A stretch of DNA of 39,752 nucleotides from Pseudonocardiales bacterium. Lineage in GTDB: Bacteria > Actinomycetota > Actinomycetes > Mycobacteriales > Jatrophihabitantaceae. This document shows positions 27,064 through 36,319 of this stretch, piece by piece (the stretch's first letter is position 1; each line of letters starts with the position of its first letter). The notes beneath the pieces are model-generated. The model was given only the letters and a program-made list of their open reading frames with translations. It searched no databases and was not told the origin of the DNA. The stretch is taken from positions 1 to 39,752 of the forward strand of contig JAVHVB010000474.1 of the NCBI GenBank assembly GCA_032160775.1, read 5' to 3'. Made by a program: the position numbers and the translations under genes.

Positions 27064-28085
27064 GCGGCTCCCAACGTGAGGCCGATCGAGACGGCGGCGG
27101 ATGAGCGGAATCGGCCCAGGGCGTCGTGCCGGCCGCCTTGGCGGGGATCGACGACCCGCTGGAGCGGGTCGGAGAGGAACGCGGGTATCCCGAGCTCGTC
27201 GGTGAGCCGCTCCGGCAGTCCTGGAAGCAGGGCGGCCCCACCGACGAGCGCGAGGCGGCGCACGCGCTCGCCGGGATGGGACGTGGCGAAGTAGGTGAAC
27301 GAACTGCGGATCTCGGTGATCAGCGGCCGGATGGCCTCGGCGACGACGTCCGCACTCTCGTCGTTGTCCTCGCTGCGCAACCCGACCCGACACTTCACCG
27401 TCTCGGCCTCGGAGTTGGAGAGGCCGAGCCGGGTGGCGAGCATGCTGGTCACCTCGGCGCCGCCGCGCGGGATGGTCCGCACGATCTTCGGCGTCCCGTC
27501 GGTGTGCACGATGATGTTCGTCCCGTTCGCCCCGATGTCGAGCAGCGCCTCGGTGTCCTGCGCGAGGTGTGCCGACGCACGCAGCGCTGCGAAGCACGCG
27601 AGGTCGACCTGGGCGACGTGCAGCCCGGCCGCCTCGACGGCGCGCACGGTGTCGAGCACCGGCGCCTTCGGCGCGGCGATGAGCAGGCCGTGCACCGTGT
27701 CGCCGGGCGAGTCGCCCTTCTCGAGCGGGTAGAAGTCGAGCAGCGCCTGCTCGACCGGCAGCGGCAACACGTCGCGGACGAGGAACGGCAGCGCCTGCCG
27801 CAGATCCTTCGGCGGCAGCCTGGCGATGTCGATCTCGCGGACGACCACCTGCTGGTGGCTGACGCCCAGGATGACGTCCTTCGTGTTGAACGTGTGTGAT
27901 GTCCAGAGCTGCCGGAGCGCCGAGGTGACGACCTTGTCGTCCTTGATGACCCCGCCGGCGACGGTGCCGGGCGGCAGGAACACCTGGCCGAAGTTGTCGA
28001 TGGTCGGCCGGTCCTTGTTCAGGGTCGCTTCGACGGCTCGGATCGACGTGGATCCGATGTCGAGGCCTACGAGGGTGGCGGGCAC
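27060..28085 (-). CDS. pilM: Type IV pilus actin-like protein PilM
   Basis: Motifs VGLDIGSTSIRAVE, LLDIGANGT, RGGAEVT, EIRSSFTYF, LVGGAALLPGL and AVSIGL. Confidence 0.93.
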   Translation of the reverse strand: MPATLVGLDIGSTSIRAVEATLNKDRPTIDNFGQVFLPPGTVAGGVIKDDKVVTSALRQLWTSHTFNTKDVILGVSHQQVVVREIDIARLPPKDLRQALPFLVRDVLPLPVEQALLDFYPLEKGDSPGDTVHGLLIAAPKAPVLDTVRAVEAAGLHVAQVDLACFAALRASAHLAQDTEALLDIGANGTNIIVHTDGTPKIVRTIPRGGAEVTSMLATRLGLSNSEAETVKCRVGLRSEDNDESADVVAEAIRPLITEIRSSFTYFATSHPGERVRRLALVGGAALLPGLPERLTDELGIPAFLSDPLQRVVDPRQGGRHDALGRFRSSAAVSIGLTLGAA

Positions 28086-28100
28086 GGGTTCTCCTTGGGG

Positions 28101-28778
28101 TCAGGCCGGCAGCAGCGAGGCGTACCAGTTACTGATCGGCACGGTGACGAACAAGGCGAGCACTGCGGCGCTCACCAGACAGGGAGTTATCCGGACGGCG
28201 ACCGCGGTGCCGGAGTGCTTGCTGACCGCCGCGGCGCTTCCCCCGACGCAGGCGATCAGCAGGCTGCCGGCCGCCGTGATGAACAGTGCGTTCCAGGAGA
28301 GCCAGCCGAGGTACAGGCCGACCAACCCGGCGAGCTTGACGTCCCCGAACCCCAACCCGTTCGGGTACGCGAGCGCGAGGGCGAAGTAGAGCGCGAGCAG
28401 CGCCACCATGCCGGTCAGCGCCCGCACCCCGGAGTACCAGTTGCCCGATGCGGCTCCGGCGGGCATCAGCAGCATCACCGTGACGACGTAGGACGGCAAG
28501 ATGATCGAGTCCGGCAGCCGGCGCAGGTCGAAGTCCATCATCGTCAGCGCGACGCCCACGGTGACGAGGTAGAGATAGGCGGGCAACTGCGCAGTGACGC
28601 CGAACCGCAGCGTCAGTGCCGCGAACAGCACGGCTCCGGCGACCTCGACGGACACGTACCGCACGCTCACGCCTCCGCGCTCGCCGCGCTGGGCGCGGTA
28701 CACGATCGCGTTCAGCAACACGCCCACGCCGAGACCGATCCCGGCCATCAGCGCGACTAGTGACATGGACACGTTCAT
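28101..28778 (-). CDS. pilD: Prepilin peptidase (A24), lacking the Cys-rich N-methyltransferase domain
   Basis: Catalytic Asp motifs MDFDLRRLPD and GLGFGDVKL; multiple TMs. LNAIVYR is joined almost directly to SVRY. Confidence 0.88.
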   Translation of the reverse strand: MNVSMSLVALMAGIGLGVGVLLNAIVYRAQRGERGGVSVRYVSVEVAGAVLFAALTLRFGVTAQLPAYLYLVTVGVALTMMDFDLRRLPDSIILPSYVVTVMLLMPAGAASGNWYSGVRALTGMVALLALYFALALAYPNGLGFGDVKLAGLVGLYLGWLSWNALFITAAGSLLIACVGGSAAAVSKHSGTAVAVRITPCLVSAAVLALFVTVPISNWYASLLPA

Positions 28779-31700
28779 GACGGTGGGTTCACGGTCGCGC
28801 TGATGCTCACGATGTGCCAGAGCGCACCCGTGTTGGACGTCGTGTCTACCGGGTTCGGGAAGCCCGAGGTCTTGCCCAGCTCGCTCGACAGGTCGAGGTA
28901 CTGCTGGGCCATCTGGTAGCCGGAGTACGGCCGGCCGGTTGCGCCGACGGCGTCCGGGATCGGCCACTCCTCGCCGACCGGCGCGTGGTGAGCCATGCCC
29001 AGTGATCCGACGACGGTCAGGTAACCCAGCGGGTTGCCCCGATTGTGGTTGTCCACGGTGAACTCGCCGCCGCACACTCCGCCGCCGTCGGGAGGTTGCG
29101 GGCAGTCGATGTGCCCTGCGGAGTTACCGAGCGCAAAGACAGCGCCGTAGACGGTGAGACCGGCAAGGTCCGGCCGTAGGTTGACGTACTGCTGGTCGGG
29201 CCTGGCGCTGGCGACCGGTGCGTTGGTGTAGAGGCCGGTGATGTCGTTCGGGCACCACCCGGATGAGGTGTTCGCGATCTGGGCCGCGGCGGTGATCGCG
29301 CACTTCACCGGGTGGTAGACGTGCACGTTGTTGCGGCCGACTAGTTCCAGCGCACTTGCGGGGTCCGGGTCCGAAGCCTTCTGCGGGTTCGGCTGATTGA
29401 CGTTCGACGTCGTGAGGTTGGCGTCGTTCGGGCCGGTCGACGCGGTGATCACCACGTCGTCGTCCGCGACCAGCGCCATGCTGTGGCGCACCTTGCCCTC
29501 GACGTAGAGGTCGCCGGGCGCGTTCGCTCCGAAGGTGTTGGTCGGGCCGTTCTGGTTTCCGTCGAAACCCATCTGGTACTGGGTGATGTCATTCATCGCC
29601 GGGAAGCTGCTGCGGGCAGCGACCGTCGTGGTGGTGGTGGTCGCCTTCTTCACCGTGAACGTCGCGGTGAACTGGGCGATCTTCTGCCCGCCACCCAGCA
29701 GCGCGGTGCCGTTCCCCCACACGTAATTGCCTAGGTTCACGCACAGGCCGGCGACGAGCGCGACGTTGCACGTGCCGATCTGCAGGGTCACGGTGGCGGT
29801 GAAGCAGCTGGTGTCGGTGGCCGGCGCCGCATGGCTGTTGCCGGCGACGCTGTCGAACATCGCGTCGTTGGTCGGCGCGCTGATGGGCGTGTCGGTCGCG
29901 GTTCCGGCGACGCCGGTCGACTGGGTGCAGCCGCCGCCATTGCCCGCGGTCACGGCGGCCGCCCATCGATGGCTGCGGTTGTCGACGAAGGTCGGCGCGC
30001 TGTTCGCGCCGTCGCTCGAGTTGCCCTGCGAGACGAAGCTGTTGACCAGCGTCTGCAGTTGCGCGGTGGTCGTGTAGTTGCCCGGGTTGGCCGCGATCGC
30101 CGCCTTGACCTGCGCCTTGACCCAGGAGTAGGGATTCGCGGAGCTGCCCTTCGGCACATAGCAGTTGAAGAACTTGAAGTTCAGTCCGGCGGTGGAGGTG
30201 TCGCACGCGCCGTTGCTCGTGTAGCTGGTCCACTGCGGCACCCAGGCGCCGTCGGCCTTGGTGCTCGGGTTGTCGCCGGCCGCGGGCGCGTACGCCGCGT
30301 CCGTAGCGGTGTTCGTGTAGGTGGGTGTGCCGACGACCGTCCCGCTGGTGCCGTTCGTCAGGTAAAAGACGCTGTTCGTCGTCGTCGGGGTGTCGCCGAG
30401 CCGCTGCCCGGTGACCGGCCAGCCGCTGTTGCCGTGGGCGCTCGCCGGAGTGGTGTTGGGCACGTTTCCCTTGTCCGCGACGCGGACGATGGAGATCCCG
30501 GTGAGGTCGACCGACTGGGCAGCCATCCCGTTCGCACCGGCACCGGGGTAGCAGGTAGCCGGCGCCGTGGGGTGCGCAGCGCTCCAACTGGCCACCCACG
30601 TCGACGTCGTGCCGGGACTGGTGACGGTGGCGTGCGCGTCATCGTTGTTGAACTTGATCCGGGTCGGTCCGCTGTACACGCAGGCGGTATCCGGGATCGC
30701 CGGCGCGGCGGTGGGCAGCTTCGGCAGCGTGCTCGGGTCCTGCCACTGGACGTTCGGGTACAGGGAGCTGTCCGAGGGGGACCCGCCGACCTCGAGCGGG
30801 TAGCCCGCGCACACCAGGTTGAACGCGCGGTAGTTCTGCCCCGGCGACGTGCTGCACACCCCGGCGTCGGCGCTGGTGTACTGCCACCCGGTGACAACCG
30901 GCTGGTCGAACTCCGGCCCGGGTCCGCCCGGCCAGCTGTTGCTGAGCAGCAGGGCGTCATGCGTGGCGTAGCGGCCCGGGTTGCTGCCGGCATTGTGGGC
31001 CGGCGCCAGCAGCTTGGTGTACGAACCCCACGACGTGTGGCACGGCTCGTAATCGGTGTAGTTGTTGCCAGCAAGCCCCGAGTAGGTGAAGTCGACGTAG
31101 GGGTTCGGGGAACTCGGTGGCGGGTTGTTACCGCGGCCGCCCTTCACGTCGTACGCCGCATTGCAGACCGCGACCTTGCCGGCCGCAGTGCCGGGTGACG
31201 CCGGACCCCACCGCATGACGTTGCCCTTGATCGGCACCGTCGCGGCGCTGGTGGCGGTCGAATCCAGCGCGATGTCGTGGGCCTGGAAGTCGGTCAGGGC
31301 GGTCGCCGAGGACGACGTCTCGAAACCGGTGACCATGCCGTACTTGAACAGGTCTTGGGACGCTCCGGGGACGACGTCACCGATCACCGTCCGCGTCGCG
31401 GACACACCGCCCTCGCGAACCTTGCCGACCGACTCCACTCGGAAGTACTTCGTGGTCGGGTAGGAGTGCCACCGGTAGGTCGTCGTGTACGCGCTGTCCG
31501 CACCCGGCACCGGGATGGTGACCGGGCCGGAGTCGTTGCTCAGGTTGGCGTGGGCCGCGCAGTCGGCAGGGGAGGTGGCCGACGGACACTGCTGGTCCAG
31601 GTACGCCACGAACGCCTGTAGTCCACTCTGGGCCGCCGCGTCGGCAGCTTGCGAGTACGCGGCCTTGACCGCCGGCACTATCGAAGACGCCGTTACCACG

Positions 31701-31825
31701 AGGGCGCCGCCGACGAGCACCACGATCATGGTCGTGATTCCGAGGACGAACAGCAGCGCGAAACCGCCGTCCCCGTCGGCCCGCCGGCGCCGTGCCCGGG
31801 CAAGCGCGAGAGCGCAGCCGTTCAT
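28775..31825 (-). CDS. Giant PilX/GspK-like minor pilin (1016 aa), putative adhesin
   Basis: Class III-like signal RRRRADGDGG|FALLFVLG (no Glu+5), A..AAQSGL and F.V.S.G PilX-type N-terminus; TGATG-coupled to the upstream pilin. Confidence 0.8.
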   Translation of the reverse strand: MNGCALALARARRRRADGDGGFALLFVLGITTMIVVLVGGALVVTASSIVPAVKAAYSQAADAAAQSGLQAFVAYLDQQCPSATSPADCAAHANLSNDSGPVTIPVPGADSAYTTTYRWHSYPTTKYFRVESVGKVREGGVSATRTVIGDVVPGASQDLFKYGMVTGFETSSSATALTDFQAHDIALDSTATSAATVPIKGNVMRWGPASPGTAAGKVAVCNAAYDVKGGRGNNPPPSSPNPYVDFTYSGLAGNNYTDYEPCHTSWGSYTKLLAPAHNAGSNPGRYATHDALLLSNSWPGGPGPEFDQPVVTGWQYTSADAGVCSTSPGQNYRAFNLVCAGYPLEVGGSPSDSSLYPNVQWQDPSTLPKLPTAAPAIPDTACVYSGPTRIKFNNDDAHATVTSPGTTSTWVASWSAAHPTAPATCYPGAGANGMAAQSVDLTGISIVRVADKGNVPNTTPASAHGNSGWPVTGQRLGDTPTTTNSVFYLTNGTSGTVVGTPTYTNTATDAAYAPAAGDNPSTKADGAWVPQWTSYTSNGACDTSTAGLNFKFFNCYVPKGSSANPYSWVKAQVKAAIAANPGNYTTTAQLQTLVNSFVSQGNSSDGANSAPTFVDNRSHRWAAAVTAGNGGGCTQSTGVAGTATDTPISAPTNDAMFDSVAGNSHAAPATDTSCFTATVTLQIGTCNVALVAGLCVNLGNYVWGNGTALLGGGQKIAQFTATFTVKKATTTTTTVAARSSFPAMNDITQYQMGFDGNQNGPTNTFGANAPGDLYVEGKVRHSMALVADDDVVITASTGPNDANLTTSNVNQPNPQKASDPDPASALELVGRNNVHVYHPVKCAITAAAQIANTSSGWCPNDITGLYTNAPVASARPDQQYVNLRPDLAGLTVYGAVFALGNSAGHIDCPQPPDGGGVCGGEFTVDNHNRGNPLGYLTVVGSLGMAHHAPVGEEWPIPDAVGATGRPYSGYQMAQQYLDLSSELGKTSGFPNPVDTTSNTGALWHIVSISATVNPPS

Positions 31826-32583
31826 CAGACACCACTCAAGGCGGGTAGGACGGCGCGGGATGTGAACTCGAGCGGGTGCTTGCCCTTGGTATCCCGGATG
31901 ACGAAGTCGATCTGCACGCTGACCACCTTCTGCAGGTTGGTCTGCGCATTCAGATCGGGCCGGCTGGTCTGCGATGGCACGGTGACCGGGAGCGGACGGC
32001 AGCCAGCGGACGGCGTGGGCGCCACGCCGAGGTTGAGCCCGGCACCGGGGATCAGGCTGTTCATCGGGGCGCCCGAGGCTTCGTAGGCGGTGAACAGTGG
32101 GTCCGTCGGCGTGCTCACGGCGCCGGCCAACAGGCGGCACGCGGACGGCTGCGTGCCAGCTGCGGCGGTGCTGGCGAACCGCTCTTCGACCAGTGCGCCG
32201 GTGCTGTCCAGGCGCAGCCAAACCATCGTTGGCGCGCCGGTCACCGAGAGGTTGTCGACTGTCCGGTTGTAGAGGTCGGCGTAGAAGAGCATGTCGTTAG
32301 GAGCAAGCCATTCGATCCGGTTTGTTTTCACGCCCGCGGTCTTGCCGTCGGCCACCCGCAGGTAGGCGGTCCAGGCCTGGATGGCGTTCCGGGCAGACGC
32401 GGTGCTTACCGAGCGATCGGTGCTGGTCCTGGTGGAGTCGTTGACCTTGAGGAAGATGCCGACGGCGAGGGCACCGATGACGACGTTGAGCACCATCGCG
32501 ACGAGCAGCTCCATCAGCGTGATGCCGGTGTCCCCGCTCGCTGCGACTGAGCGTGCGCGCCGGATGATCAGACGCGCGGACAT
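31825..32583 (-). CDS. Minor pilin (PilW/GspJ-like)
   Basis: DTG|ITLMELLVAM class III signal with Glu+5; Cys pair. Confidence 0.87.
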   Translation of the reverse strand: MSARLIIRRARSVAASGDTGITLMELLVAMVLNVVIGALAVGIFLKVNDSTRTSTDRSVSTASARNAIQAWTAYLRVADGKTAGVKTNRIEWLAPNDMLFYADLYNRTVDNLSVTGAPTMVWLRLDSTGALVEERFASTAAAGTQPSACRLLAGAVSTPTDPLFTAYEASGAPMNSLIPGAGLNLGVAPTPSAGCRPLPVTVPSQTSRPDLNAQTNLQKVVSVQIDFVIRDTKGKHPLEFTSRAVLPALSGV

Positions 32584-33026
32584 GCGACCCTCGCATCGCT
32601 GCGCGCCAGGAACTGGTTCGTGTTCGCCTGGGTGACGACGACGTGCACCCAGAACAGGTTGCCGATGTTGCAGCTGCCCGGCGTGTCGTAGGCGACGATT
32701 TCGGTGACGGTGAACGCCTCGGAGTCCTTGCCGGTGGGGGTCCCGTCGGAGAGCTTGGGGCCGACGCCGGCATAGATGACGTTGCCCTCGGGCGGCGCCT
32801 GAATCTCGCCGGCCCGGCGGATCGCCTCGGCGATGAAATATTGCGCGACGTCGGCTGCGTCCACCCGCTGCTGACTGGCGTGCGAGGCGTCGATCGCCTG
32901 GACGAGCCCGTAGCTGGCAGAGGTGGCGACGACTGCGAAAACAACGAAGGACACCAGCGCCTCGAGCACGGTGAAGCCGGCGTCGCGCTGCGCAGTGCGC
33001 ATGCGGGCCAGCCGGTGCCGGATCAT
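32568..33026 (-). CDS. Minor pilin (PilV/GspI-like)
   Basis: DAG|FTVLEALV class III signal; AGGAG SD before ATG 33026; C-terminal Cys pair. Confidence 0.87.
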   Translation of the reverse strand: MIRHRLARMRTAQRDAGFTVLEALVSFVVFAVVATSASYGLVQAIDASHASQQRVDAADVAQYFIAEAIRRAGEIQAPPEGNVIYAGVGPKLSDGTPTGKDSEAFTVTEIVAYDTPGSCNIGNLFWVHVVVTQANTNQFLARSDARVACPRV

Positions 33027-33086
33027 GAGACTCCTACGTGCTGAGGGCGGTGCGCGCAGTGGGGGCGTCCGCGCAGGCAGAGCGGG

Positions 33087-33129
33087 AGGAGGGGCGGAGG
33101 CGCCGGGTGAGTGACGCCTCCGCCCTCCT
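33087..33129 (-). terminator. Strong stem-loop downstream of the major pilin gene
   Basis: GGGCGGAGGCG (33092-33102) / CGCCTCCGCCC (33115-33125), extendable to about 15 bp with one bulge. Confidence 0.7.
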
Positions 33130-33190
33130 TCGAGCGGTGTTGCTGAGGGTGTGGCCACAGGCCACGGGGTGTTACTCAGTGATCGTCAGA

Positions 33191-33661
33191 TCACGGGCCG
33201 ACCACGCCACCTGCGTCGCTGGCGTAGGTGTACGCCGAGCCGATCGCAGTGTGGCTCTTACCACCGGTGTTCCAGACCTTCATCGTGTAGACGTTGCCGG
33301 CCAGCGCGTAGCTGGCGTGCGACTGGTCGGACAGGGTGACGGTCTCGGTGTCAGTGCCACACGTGAGGGTCAGGGTGCCGGTCATGTCGGCGACGCTGGC
33401 AACGCCGCCCCACGCCGCGGAAGTGGCGGCCGGGTACGCGTTCGCGTTCTCGCTGTAGCACTGCTGGAGGGCCGGGATCGCGTTGCGCAGGTCGGACTGC
33501 GCCGAGCGGTCGTGGGCGCCCTTCTGGTAGTTGAGGTACAGCGGGATCGCGATCGCGACGAGGATGCCGATGATCACGACGACCACGAGCAGCTCGATGA
33601 GGGTGAAACCACCCTCGCGCTCGTCCTTGTCGGCGCGAAGCTTCTGAAGCTTCTCGTACAT
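33191..33661 (-). CDS. pilA: Type IVa major pilin
   Basis: EGG|FTLIELLVVVVIIGILVAIAIP canonical N-terminus, AQSDLRNA, Cys pair, strong AGGAGG SD. Confidence 0.93.
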   Translation of the reverse strand: MYEKLQKLRADKDEREGGFTLIELLVVVVIIGILVAIAIPLYLNYQKGAHDRSAQSDLRNAIPALQQCYSENANAYPAATSAAWGGVASVADMTGTLTLTCGTDTETVTLSDQSHASYALAGNVYTMKVWNTGGKSHTAIGSAYTYASDAGGVVGP

Positions 33662-33815
33662 GGTGAGCCTCCTGGACTCGTGTGGGTGTTGATCCGGGCT
33701 GGGGAGGCCCGGCCGGTCCGAATGGTGCTTCGGTCCGGCAACCGGATCTTCGGGGCGATCCGGAAGTGTTGGTGCGGCTGAACCGCGTATGGAGTTGTTG
33801 AGGTCGCTCGGCTGG

Positions 33816-35072
33816 CTACACCAGCGCGGGCGGAATTGCCTTCGTCGTGGCCGGCAGGTTCACACCGGATTGGCAGGCGGCGTAGGCAAGCCGGAGGTCC
33901 AGCACGTTGCCGAAATTGCCGCCGCCGATGCCGCTCGGGATGTGCACTCTGGCCGTGACCAGGTCGAGGACGTTGAAGCTCAGGTCGCCCGTCAGATCGA
34001 CGCCAATTCCGAGCCCCCATGCGGAGGCTGACGTCGAGGTCAATGCCGAGTTCGGGCCCACGATCAACTTCATCGTCACCGAGGACGTCGGACTGAAGCC
34101 GGTGAGTGCAGAAATTACTGACGACGGAAGGCCGAGGCCGGTGAGCACCTGGTTCACGGTCAGTGGGATCGAGACGATCACGCTGTTGCCGTAGGGCGCG
34201 ATGGTGAGGCCGGCCACGGTGACCGAGCCGAGCTCCGGGATTCCGGAGTTCGTCGGGCCGTTGATCTGGTAGGAGACGCCGTTCACCTTGAGTGTCGTCA
34301 CCGTTCCGTCCAGAACGCCGAAGGTGACCAGCCCCCCGAGGACGTTGACTGTGCTCAACGTTTCGTTGATGGATGGCGGCGTCGCCGGTCTGGTAGCGCC
34401 CACTGCGCCGTCGTTCGGACACGTCGCCTTGGCGCTCACCAACCCGGCCGACACGAGTGGGTTCGTCGCACTCGGCCGGGCCGGGACCAGCGAGGTGATC
34501 AGCGGCAGCACCGACACCTGCGGATTGCTGGCGTTGGCGCGGGCGAACACCGGATTGGACGCGTCGGCGGCTTTCTGCACCTGTTCCACGTAGCCGTTGA
34601 GCGCCCCGAGCGAGACCGAAGCCAACGGTGCCGCGTTAGCCGATGCCGACGCCGCCGCGTAGCACGGCTGCGCGCCGGTTGCGACGCACGGCGCGGGCAG
34701 CGTGTCGTTCGGGAACGCGGCCGGCGCTGTGGCCACCTGCGACTGGCTCGGGTCGGTCGCCGCGTTCAGACCGCTGGCCGAGCCGAACGCGGCTGATACC
34801 GCGCCATTGGCGCTGCCCCGCAAGGCGTTCACGAGCGGATTGAGATCCTGGCTGATGATCGGGTCGATCAGGCCGCCGAGCAAACCGCCGAGTGATCCGG
34901 AGAGTTGGAGGTTCGCGTTCAGCGTCGCCGTCCCGGTGTCCCCGGCCGCCGAGTACGCCGACGTGCCGGGCGTAAGGAGTGGCGGCACGGCTGCCGCCGA
35001 CTGCATCGTGGCGCCGAGCAGGCAGACCGCTCCGGCGGCGCAGGCGGTGGCGGCGACCAGGCGGCGAGCCAT
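33816..35072 (-). CDS. Secreted protein of unknown function inside the pil operon
   Basis: Sec-type signal peptide (MARR...QSAAA); Ala/Gly/Leu/Val/Ser/Thr-rich with 4 Cys in the mature part; TGATG overlap with the pilC stop. Confidence 0.8.
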   Translation of the reverse strand: MARRLVAATACAAGAVCLLGATMQSAAAVPPLLTPGTSAYSAAGDTGTATLNANLQLSGSLGGLLGGLIDPIISQDLNPLVNALRGSANGAVSAAFGSASGLNAATDPSQSQVATAPAAFPNDTLPAPCVATGAQPCYAAASASANAAPLASVSLGALNGYVEQVQKAADASNPVFARANASNPQVSVLPLITSLVPARPSATNPLVSAGLVSAKATCPNDGAVGATRPATPPSINETLSTVNVLGGLVTFGVLDGTVTTLKVNGVSYQINGPTNSGIPELGSVTVAGLTIAPYGNSVIVSIPLTVNQVLTGLGLPSSVISALTGFSPTSSVTMKLIVGPNSALTSTSASAWGLGIGVDLTGDLSFNVLDLVTARVHIPSGIGGGNFGNVLDLRLAYAACQSGVNLPATTKAIPPALV

Positions 35073-36319
35073 CAGGCGCCCTGCACGTGCTGGTAGATGG
35101 TGAACATCGGCAGGTACAGGCAGATGACCATCACGCCGATGAGGGCGCCCATGACCACGACCATGATCGGCTCGATGGCCGCGGTCAGCGACTCGGTGCT
35201 GGCTTCTACCTCGTGGTCGTAGAAGTCGGAGACCTTGTCGAGCATCGCCGACATCTGCCCGGTCTCCTCGCCGACCTGCATCATGTTGGTGACCATCGCC
35301 GGGAAGATCGCGTGCCGCTCGAGTGGTGCCGACATCGTCTGCCCGTCGCGCACCGAGCGGGACACGTCCTTCATGGCCTCGCCGACTACCGCGTTGCCGG
35401 TGGTCGCACCGACGATGTCCAGCGCTTGGAGGATCGGGACGCCTACGTGCAGCAGCGTGCCGAGGTTGCGGGCGAAGCGGCTGATCGCGATCTTGGTCAA
35501 CAGCGAGCCGAACACCGGCAGCCGTAGCTTGAACTTGTCGAAGCCGAGCCGCCAGGCCGGGTCATCGTGCAGCTTCTTGCGAAACCAGGTGGAGCCGGCG
35601 ATCAGTGCGACGATGGTGAGCGGCATGATCCACCACATCTGGTGACTGATGGTCACCAGGATCCGCGTCGGCAGCGGCAGTTGGCCGCCGAGGTTCGCGA
35701 ACATGTGCTCGAAGACCGGGACGATGAAGATGAGGACGGCGACGAGCATCAGCAGGCTGAACGCGACGACCAGCGCGGGGTAGGTCAGCGCGGACTTGAT
35801 CTTTCCGCGCAGGTTGGCGTCCTTCTCGAAATTGACTGCGATGCGGTCGAGTGCCTGGTCGAGGAAGCCGCCGGTCTCGCCGGCCGCGATCATCGCGATC
35901 ATCAGCCGCGGGAAGATCCGGTCCTGCTTGCTCAGCGCGCCGGACAGCGAGTTGCCGGATTCCACGTCGCGGCGTACGTCGCGCAGCGCCTTCGCGAGCT
36001 TCGGCTTCGGCGCCTGCTCCTCGAGGATCGCCAGGGAGCGGAGCAGCGACAGCCCGGAGGACGTCATCGTCGCGAATTGGCGAGAGAGCACGGCAAGGTC
36101 GCGCACGCTCACCCGATCGCCGAGACCGGGGATCTTGATCTCGGCCTGCAGGCCGCGACCGGTTTCGCGCAGTTTCAGGGGCATGACGCCCTGTGCGCGC
36201 AGCGCGGCTGCTGCTGCACTGTCGTTCGTCGCCTCGACCTTGCCCTTCGTCCGCTTGCCGGCGGAGTCGAGGGCTTCGTAGTCGAAGGTGCGGGTCTTGG
36301 TGCTCGTGGCAGAAGTCAT
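35072..36319 (-). CDS. pilC: Type IV pilus platform protein PilC (GspF family)
   Basis: Motifs FDYEALD..GK, RQFATMTSSGL, AGETGG.L, KIKSALTYP, GEETGQMSAML, IEP and YLPMF. Confidence 0.96.
   Translation of the reverse strand: MTSATSTKTRTFDYEALDSAGKRTKGKVEATNDSAAAAALRAQGVMPLKLRETGRGLQAEIKIPGLGDRVSVRDLAVLSRQFATMTSSGLSLLRSLAILEEQAPKPKLAKALRDVRRDVESGNSLSGALSKQDRIFPRLMIAMIAAGETGGFLDQALDRIAVNFEKDANLRGKIKSALTYPALVVAFSLLMLVAVLIFIVPVFEHMFANLGGQLPLPTRILVTISHQMWWIMPLTIVALIAGSTWFRKKLHDDPAWRLGFDKFKLRLPVFGSLLTKIAISRFARNLGTLLHVGVPILQALDIVGATTGNAVVGEAMKDVSRSVRDGQTMSAPLERHAIFPAMVTNMMQVGEETGQMSAMLDKVSDFYDHEVEASTESLTAAIEPIMVVVMGALIGVMVICLYLPMFTIYQHVQGA

Noticed and set aside
31826-32221. N-terminal extension making the giant pilin 1148 aa
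   Set aside because: It overlaps the PilW-like gene out of frame; the class III signal and TGATG coupling place the start at 31825. Similar over-extensions were trimmed for the amidohydrolase, maf, pccB, birA, pilN, pilO and pilD.
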